From Candidatus Phycocordibacter aenigmaticus (lineage in GTDB: Bacteria; Patescibacteriota; Minisyncoccia; Phycocordibacterales; Phycocordibacteraceae): a stretch of 64,000 nucleotides of DNA. Positions within the stretch are counted from its first letter, which is position 1, and each line of letters starts with the position of its first letter. Positions 57,198 through 64,000 of this stretch are shown here, in pieces. The DNA lies in the NCBI GenBank assembly GCA_045401115.1, contig CP174359.1:355247-419246 (forward strand), in the 5' to 3' direction. Made by a program: the position numbers and the translations under genes. The notes under the pieces are model-generated. The model was not told the origin of the DNA. It did no database searches and worked only from the letters and a program-made list of their open reading frames with translations.

Positions 57198-58307
57198 TTA
57201 TGCACGTACTCGGTTCATGCGAGAAAGAAAAGCATCGGCCGGAATGGTTTCTTGTACTTGGGTCTCTGTATTTTTTAGAATTACCGTGCCATCGAGTGCT
57301 TCGCGTTGTCCGATAATTACGATGTATTTTGTTTGCGCTGCTTTTGCACGTTCCATCTGGTCTTGAATGGTATCAGCAAGCAGTGCCTGTTCAAGCGCAA
57401 TTTGTGTGCGCCAAAGTGCATCAAGGAGTGTAAAGGCACGCATTTTTGCAATTTCTCCAACATGAACCACAAAACATGATGGTGTGTAATCGTGGTGCGA
57501 TGCACGCATATTTAATTGGTCACTCAACGCGACACTAATACCGATAATATCTGTGCGCTCTTTCTTTTTACCGCGTTTATTTTCATGGAATCTACCACCG
57601 CTTGCAACACGAACAACGGTCCCTTTTTTATCTTCAGCTTCAATAGCAAACACAAGTTCACGTTGTGTATTAGGGGAATAGGGAAGTCGTGCGTCAAGTT
57701 CATATTCAATCTCGAGTGTTTCAAATAGTGAGATTGTCTCTAGCATTATTTTTCGTGATGATTCTGAAAGATAGTCTATGGTGCGTGGCAGATGTTCAGC
57801 AAGAGGGTTTTCTTCTTCAATAAGTGTGCGTGCCGCACCATCAGGGTCCTTTGCTGACATTTCCACTACATCTTCAGGGAGATCTTTTAAGTATTTTTTA
57901 AAGAAATTACCAAGCTCTCGTACATAACGTTTTCGTGAATCTTCGTCACCGACTGAAGAAATAAGAACGATTGGGTTATTAAAACCTGCTGCTTCAACAG
58001 TCGACAAAGCCGCTTTCACCACAAATGCTTGTGCGATTGAAAGTTTAGGGCTTGCGGCGGCAAATACTACATTAGTGCCACCACCTTTTTTTGCAGTGGC
58101 CCATGTTTGTGTTGTTTGTTCAACATGACCCAAGCGGCTCGCAAGTGTTGCAACCAATGCGGTATCTCGATCTGTATCTTCAGGTATATCTTGCAAATCG
58201 TTTCTCGTGATTGTGGAGGGTGTTGCACCAAAGCCGTAGGTTTGCGCAATTGATGATACAGCGGCGTCAAGTGATTCGTAACGTGGTCCTCGTTCAAAAG
58301 TTTTCAT
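57198..58307 (-). CDS. Histidyl-tRNA synthetase-like protein (HisRS/HisZ-like class II core plus HGPT anticodon-binding domain), divergent
   Basis: GGRF...GISVAL (motif-3-like), C-terminal KYIVIIGQREALDGTVILKNTET anticodon-binding-domain pattern; N-terminus atypical. Confidence 0.5.
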   Translation of the reverse strand: MKTFERGPRYESLDAAVSSIAQTYGFGATPSTITRNDLQDIPEDTDRDTALVATLASRLGHVEQTTQTWATAKKGGGTNVVFAAASPKLSIAQAFVVKAALSTVEAAGFNNPIVLISSVGDEDSRKRYVRELGNFFKKYLKDLPEDVVEMSAKDPDGAARTLIEEENPLAEHLPRTIDYLSESSRKIMLETISLFETLEIEYELDARLPYSPNTQRELVFAIEAEDKKGTVVRVASGGRFHENKRGKKKERTDIIGISVALSDQLNMRASHHDYTPSCFVVHVGEIAKMRAFTLLDALWRTQIALEQALLADTIQDQMERAKAAQTKYIVIIGQREALDGTVILKNTETQVQETIPADAFLSRMNRVRA

Positions 58308-58318
58308 AAGTAAAATGG

Positions 58319-58891
58319 TTATGGTGATAGTTGGTAATCATGTGCCCCGGGGAGTATTTCAAGGCGGCTTGGTGGTAAAAGTCGCATATACGCACGACCG
58401 ACGATTTCGTCGCGCTTTAATACTCCCCATGTACGAGAATCTGAACTTTTTTGACGATTATCTCCTAATACAAAGTATTCATCTTCACTAAGAGTGTATG
58501 CGCCATATTCATCTTGAAGCTGGTCTAATTCCAGGTAATGTTCATCAAGTACACGTGGAGGGGTTTCAATCCCTTCACGATGAATACGGATACGGTTTCC
58601 TACTATTTCAACAGTTTCTCCAGGGAGTCCAATAACTCGTTTTATAAAAAATACCGAATTATCTTTCGGATAACGCAAAATAATGACGTCACCACGCGCT
58701 GGCTCATTAAAACGATATGAAACTTGATCAACAATGAGGTATTCACCGCTCGAGAATGTCGGTTCCATTGACGCACCACGGACAATAAACGGTTGGGCGA
58801 TAAAAAAACGAATCGGAATAACAACGAGAAGCGCAATCAGTGCAAACTTTACTAAGTCATCAACAACACCATCACGTTTAGTTGTCTTCAT
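58319..58891 (-). CDS. lepB: Signal peptidase I
   Basis: RGASMEPTF (Ser nucleophile), GDNRQKSSDSR box. Confidence 0.85.
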   Translation of the reverse strand: MKTTKRDGVVDDLVKFALIALLVVIPIRFFIAQPFIVRGASMEPTFSSGEYLIVDQVSYRFNEPARGDVIILRYPKDNSVFFIKRVIGLPGETVEIVGNRIRIHREGIETPPRVLDEHYLELDQLQDEYGAYTLSEDEYFVLGDNRQKSSDSRTWGVLKRDEIVGRAYMRLLPPSRLEILPGAHDYQLSP

Positions 58892-59040
58892 TACCGAACA
58901 TTGTACCTACGTGAACACTGAAGTCAATGTATTTGGACTATACGCACTGGCGCCTCACGTTTTAAAAGGTAGAATAGAGTGTACGGTCGGTAATTTTTTA
59001 GTATTACTGACTACATACTGCAAAATATTTTCTATTTTTT

Positions 59041-59655
59041 ATGTTTACTATTGTTGGATTAGGAAATCCGGGAAGCGAATATACTTACACGCGGCATAAT
59101 GCGGGACGCAGTGCAGTGCAAGAGCTTGCTGAGGCGCATGATATTGCGCTTAAAGAGCATAAAAAACCAAACTTGTTGGTTGGTACCGGTGATATATATG
59201 GTGAGCGTACTCGTTTAATTGTGCCGGACACTTTTATGAATAAGTCTGGTGCAGCAGTATCTAAATATGTAAAAAGCGTAAACGCGGCAAAGAAACTGAT
59301 TGTTGTACATGATGAGATAGACCTACCATTAGGTATTGTGCGTGTTTCATTCGGTTCTCGATCGGCAGGACATAATGGTGTAAAAAGTATTGAGCGTGCT
59401 ATTAAAACAAAAGAATTCATTAAAATTCGTATCGGTGTTGCAAAGCCGGGAAAAAAGAAGGGGAGCATAATTGCCAAAAAACCCACAGGGGACCAAGACA
59501 CGGTCGATTACCTTCTTGGAAAATTTACAAAAACAGAACGAGAAAAACTTGGAGGACCTATTCAAGACCGAGTATTGCTTTCTATACAAACTATTCTTGA
59601 AACTCGTGACCCCATACAAGGTATGAATGCTGTAAATGGTTTACCCCCACTGTAG
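59041..59655 (+). CDS. pth: Peptidyl-tRNA hydrolase
   Basis: VGLGNPGSEYTYTRHNAG N-terminal signature. Confidence 0.9.
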   Translation: MFTIVGLGNPGSEYTYTRHNAGRSAVQELAEAHDIALKEHKKPNLLVGTGDIYGERTRLIVPDTFMNKSGAAVSKYVKSVNAAKKLIVVHDEIDLPLGIVRVSFGSRSAGHNGVKSIERAIKTKEFIKIRIGVAKPGKKKGSIIAKKPTGDQDTVDYLLGKFTKTEREKLGGPIQDRVLLSIQTILETRDPIQGMNAVNGLPPL

Positions 59656-59684
59656 AGGTATTGTTTATATATACGCATTTAATT

Positions 59685-59718
59685 AAAAAATAATCCTGCA
59701 AAACAGGATTATTTTTAT
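59685..59718. terminator. Bidirectional terminator between pth and rpsA
   Basis: AAAAAATAATCCTG-CAAAA-CAGGATTATTTTTAT. Confidence 0.7.
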
Positions 59719-59741
59719 GTGTGTGTGAAGAGAAAACAATC

Positions 59742-60833
59742 TTATTCTCCAATTTGAGTATAAGAGAGCGTCATTTTATGCTCTTCTGGCTCAAAGAGGG
59801 TAATCTTGAATTGGTATACCTTACCAAGTCCAAGAGTTTCTTTAAGTTGTTCTTCACTTTCAAACTCTGAAACATGCACCAAGCCGGCTACACCTTCTTC
59901 GATTGAAGCGAGGGCACCATACTTGTTGTACTTGATAACTGCCGCCTCCACGAGGTCGCCCTTTGTGTACTGTTTCGCAGCAGATTGCCATGGATCTTCA
60001 CGTAGTTGCTTGATTGAGAGTGAGATTTTTCCATCTTTCACTTCAATTACCTTCACTTTTGTTTTATCACCAACTTTAGCAAAGGTGCGAGGGTCTTCCA
60101 CAAGGCCCCAGTCAATTTCAGAGATGTGTACTAATCCTTCAAGGCCGCCTTCAACTTTAACAAAGATGCCAAAGTCAACGATGCCAGTCACTTCTCCTTC
60201 GAGTACATCACCAACTTCGTATTTTTCTACTGCAGCTGCTTGTGATGTTTCTTCGGTCGTGTCACGTTCTGAGAAAATAAGTTTTCCTTCGCGTGGGTCA
60301 GCGGTAATGATACGTACGGTGAACTGCTCACCAATAAGCTTTTTCAATTCATCAAGAATCAGCATTTTTTCACCACCTTCAACACGTGGATAGTGTTCAG
60401 GTTTGAGCTGACTTGCTGGTAGAAATCCATTGATACCTTGCCAACCAATAATCAAACCACCTTTGTTAGCGTCTTTTACAGGGAGCTCAAATACGGTGCC
60501 TTCAGCAATTGCTTCTGCGGCATCAGACCAAATCATGGCCTGACGAGCTTCTTTAAGTGAAAGCTCAATATAACCGTCTTTATTTTCAGTATTTACAATT
60601 TTTGCAGAGACAGTGTCTCCGTGCGCAATCTTTTTAAGAATGTCACGAGCTGCAAGGTATTCGCGTCCATAGATAATACCGGTTCCAAATGGAGGAAGGT
60701 CGATATATACACGGCCACTTTGAATAGCCACTACAGGACCTTCAATAGTCTCACCTTCACTCGGCGGTGCCGGCGTCTCTTCAATAAAGGTGTTCATAGC
60801 ACCTGTGTCTTTTTCTTGTTCTTGTGTAGTCAT
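59742..60833 (-). CDS. rpsA: 30S ribosomal protein S1 (reduced, ~4 S1 domains)
   Basis: Tandem S1 (OB) domains, GxV...G..G..H.S motifs. Confidence 0.85.
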   Translation of the reverse strand: MTTQEQEKDTGAMNTFIEETPAPPSEGETIEGPVVAIQSGRVYIDLPPFGTGIIYGREYLAARDILKKIAHGDTVSAKIVNTENKDGYIELSLKEARQAMIWSDAAEAIAEGTVFELPVKDANKGGLIIGWQGINGFLPASQLKPEHYPRVEGGEKMLILDELKKLIGEQFTVRIITADPREGKLIFSERDTTEETSQAAAVEKYEVGDVLEGEVTGIVDFGIFVKVEGGLEGLVHISEIDWGLVEDPRTFAKVGDKTKVKVIEVKDGKISLSIKQLREDPWQSAAKQYTKGDLVEAAVIKYNKYGALASIEEGVAGLVHVSEFESEEQLKETLGLGKVYQFKITLFEPEEHKMTLSYTQIGE

Positions 60834-60980
60834 AGTCAGTGATCAATCTGGCTTTCATTACCTTACGATAATGAGGGTTACTCCAGATCGAAGTGGAACT
60901 AAAAAATCGCTTTAGCGCGATTGCCGTACTATAGCGCTTGTACCTGGAAATGGCAACCGTTTACGTAATGCAATACATCG

Positions 60981-61022
60981 CACACCCCCTGGTCAACACC
61001 CGGGTGTTGACCAGGGGGTGTG
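60981..61022. repeat. 42-bp perfect palindrome in the divergent intergenic region
   Basis: CACACCCCCTGGTCAACACCC|GGGTGTTGACCAGGGGGTGTG. Confidence 0.85.
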
Positions 61023-61080
61023 AACATCAATACACACTATTTTATAGTGTTGCGATACGGAGTAAGGTATACTTTCGCAT

Positions 61081-61707
61081 ATGGTTATTACATATCTTGG
61101 AGGAAATTGTTTCAAACTCACTTCTGGTGATACTACTATTGCCGTAAACCCACCAGCAGCTGGAAGTAAACATAAAGTATCAAAATTTGGTTCTGATATC
61201 GTTATTATCCCTGTCGAACACGAAGACTGGAATGGTGTGGAGACTGCAACCCATGCTTCAAAAGAACCTTTTGTCGTTCGCGGTCCTGGTGCGTATGAAA
61301 TTGGTGATGTTGTGATTACCGGTTATGCGGCCCCAGGCGCGGTTGTCGGGGAGAACAGTGATTATGGTAATACCGTCTACGCCGTGCAATTTGACGGTAT
61401 GAAGCTGCTTTTGCTCGGCGCATTAGCGTCAGAGAGTTTACCGCAAGAGGCACGCGCTGAGGTAAGTGGTGTTGATATTGTTTTTGTGCCACTTGGAGCG
61501 AATGTGCTTGATGGGAAGAGTGCACATAATCTTACGGTGGCATTGGAGGCAAATGTACTGATTCCGCACGCGACAAATGGTGACGAAGACTTGAAAGCGT
61601 TTATTAAACTTGCTGGTGCGGAAGGAGTAAAAGCGCAAGATAAACTAACACTTAAACCAAAAGATCTTACTGACCTAAGTGGTGAAGTGGTACTGCTTAA
61701 AAAATAG
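61081..61707 (+). CDS. MBL-fold metal-dependent hydrolase (UPF0173-like)
   Basis: Beta-lactamase-fold His/Asp motifs (VEHED, HATNGD). Confidence 0.65.
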   Translation: MVITYLGGNCFKLTSGDTTIAVNPPAAGSKHKVSKFGSDIVIIPVEHEDWNGVETATHASKEPFVVRGPGAYEIGDVVITGYAAPGAVVGENSDYGNTVYAVQFDGMKLLLLGALASESLPQEARAEVSGVDIVFVPLGANVLDGKSAHNLTVALEANVLIPHATNGDEDLKAFIKLAGAEGVKAQDKLTLKPKDLTDLSGEVVLLKK

Positions 61708-61770
61708 TGAGTGCCATATGGTGGATTGTGTAGCTTGAATACTATTATTTAGCGGTACAATTCAAAAGCA

Positions 61771-61986
61771 ATGCTTTTAGACTATATTGAACGCTTAAGG
61801 AAGCAACCGCTTGTCCAACGGAGACGTATTGCTACCAGTGTGACAATTGTCATTGTTATTTTTTTAGCACTTATCTGGTTTGGGAGTAAACTCATACCGT
61901 ATTTCACTAGTTCATCAAAAATTAAAGAAACCACCCCGTCAACGTATCAAAAAGATTCAGGAATTCGTGCTCCATATGAAGAGTAA
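61771..61986 (+). CDS. Hypothetical small membrane protein
   Basis: 71-aa ORF, single TM. Confidence 0.3.
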   Translation: MLLDYIERLRKQPLVQRRRIATSVTIVIVIFLALIWFGSKLIPYFTSSSKIKETTPSTYQKDSGIRAPYEE

Positions 61987-62022
61987 TGGTCTGTATTCTC
62001 TCCTGAATAATTGTTATACTAA

Positions 62023-64000
62023 TATAAAATATGGCCCGTAAAAAAAATAACGAGACTCCTGAAGAAATTCCACAGCATACTGGAGTGATTGAGCACTCTA
62101 TTGTTGAGGAAATGCGTTCAAGCTATTTGGATTATGCCATGAGCGTTATTACGTCTCGTGCGATTCCTGATGTGCGTGATGGTTTAAAGCCGGTACATCG
62201 TCGCATTCTCTTTACAATGCATGAGTTGAATCTTAATCCCGGGGGGAAGACGCGTAAGAGTGCAAAAATTACTGGTGATGTGACCGGTAACTATCACCCG
62301 CATGGAGATGCGGCAGTATATGATTCACTTGCGAAAATGGCGCAAGATTTTACATTCCGCTACCCATTGGTTATTGGACAAGGTAACTTTGGTTCAATAG
62401 ATGGCGATGCTCCGGCTGCGCCACGTTATACCGAGGCAAAAATGAGCCGTGTTGCAGTGGAGATGCTTCAAGACATTGAAAAGGAAACAGTTGCGTGGCG
62501 ACCTAACTATGAAGGAACTCGAAAGGAGCCTATTGTATTACCTTCAGTGCTACCGAATCTTCTTTTGAATGGAACTCTCGGAATTGCAGTTGGTATGGCA
62601 ACTAATATTCCGCCACATAACTTAGGTGAACTTATTGATGCAACTGTACATCTTGCTGATAATCCAAAGGCGTCTATCGATGACTTGATGGAATTCATTA
62701 AAGGACCTGATTTTCCAATGGGAGGAATTGCCTACAATATAAAAGACATTGCTCAGGCGTACGCAACAGGACGAGGATCAGTAGTAGTACGCGGAGAAAC
62801 TGATATTACGGAAGACAATAAAGGAAATCCGCAAATTGTTATTTCATCTATTCCGTATCGTGTTAACAAGGCTGATTTGATTGTAAAAATTGCTGACCTG
62901 GTCCGTGACAAGAAACTTGATGGTATTAAAGACTTACGCGATGAATCAACCAAAGACATTCGTGTAGTTATCGATTTGAAATCATCAGCACAGCCACAGG
63001 CGGTATTGAATTATTTGTATAAACATACACAACTTGAAGACTCATTCCACTTCAATATGGTGACGCTTGTCGATGGTGTACCGCAAACGCTTTCACTCGA
63101 TGGCATTCTTTCTAATTTCATTGAGCACCGCAAAGAAGTAGTGAAGCGTCGCACTGAGTTTGATCTACGTAAAGCACAAGACCGTGAACATATTTTACTT
63201 GGTCTTAAGAAGGCACTCGATCATATTGATGAGATCATTGCGCTTATTAAGAAAGCAAAAGACGTACCAACAGCGCACGCTGAGTTGATGAAGAAATTTA
63301 AATTCTCTGATCGTCAAACCACCGCTATCCTTGAAATGCGTCTTTCAAAACTTGCCGGTCTTGAGCGTAAGAAAATTGAAGAAGAATTAAAGGAAGTGCA
63401 AAGTTTAATTAAAGAACTCGAGAGCATTTTAAAGTCACCAGCAAAAATGCTGACAGTAATTAAAAATGAATTAAAAGCAGTTGGTGAAAAACATGGCGAT
63501 GAGCGTCGTACAAAAATTGTAAAAGGTGGGGTGAAGAGTATGTCTATGGAAGACCTTATTCCAGATGAGCCGGCAATGATGACATTGACGAATAATGGAT
63601 ATATTAAACGCACGAACCCATCTGAGTATAAGAAACAAAAACGCGGAGGCGTAGGAGTGGTTGATCTGTCAACTAAAGATGAAGATTTTGTCACTCGGTT
63701 TGTTGAAGGTTCAACACATGATGCAGTATTGCTCTTCACTGATAAAGGCAAGGTATACCGTACTCGTATGTACGATATACCTGAAGGACGTCGGGCAACG
63801 AAAGGTAAGTCGGTGATGAATGTGCTACCTCTCTCGCAAGAAGAACACGTGACGAGTGTGGTTATTGTGCCAAACGGTAAGAAAAAAGATGATAGTCATG
63901 CTGATTCGTTTATGTTGGTCACACAACATGGGGTCGTTAAGAAGGTGGGAGCTGACCACTTCGAGGATGTTCGCAAAAGTGGCATTATTGCTATAAAACT
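62023..64000 (+). CDS. gyrA: DNA gyrase subunit A, N-terminal ~660 aa (continues beyond window)
   Basis: Translation gives AIPDVRDGLKPVHRRIL, active-site YHPHGD...; no stop before window end, so absent from the ORF track. Confidence 0.95.

Overview
Compact, housekeeping-dense segment with short intergenic regions, many hairpin terminators and reduced proteins (short ValRS, 4-domain S1); I infer a small-genome, Gram-positive-like (CPR/Patescibacteria-style) bacterium. Solid homolog-level calls: GroES/GroEL, TypA/BipA, LepA, CorA, RNase J, FtsZ/FtsA, TrxB, Bcp peroxiredoxin, Nth plus a MutY-like glycosylase, AlkA-like glycosylase, HtpX, LemA, MurJ, TsaD/TsaC, ValRS, Pth, S1, S21, YbeY, LepB, Hsp20, DsbA, VKOR, PAP2 and the start of GyrA. 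There is also an envelope glycosylation module (GT2 + YdjC deacetylase + GT-C). RNA genes: five tRNAs (Ser-GGA, Arg-CCT, Phe-GAA, Val-GAC, Glu-TTC, Ser-CGA counted as six in total) and a probable RNase P RNA. The most unusual signal is a family of short structured elements sitting immediately 3' of five of the six tRNA genes. Four are bounded by a direct repeat of the host tRNA's own 3' end starting exactly in the T-loop (att-like); the fifth (tRNA-Arg) has an inverted copy instead. They share sequence modules and hairpins with compensatory base changes, so they look like miniature integrative elements or scars and/or a tRNA-linked ncRNA family. Other repeats: a perfectly conserved palindromic hairpin family (AAACGGCTCAC-N4-6-GTGAGCCGTTT, 4 copies), a 42-bp perfect palindrome, a ~104-bp direct repeat pair, and conserved inverted-repeat structures upstream of two tRNAs.
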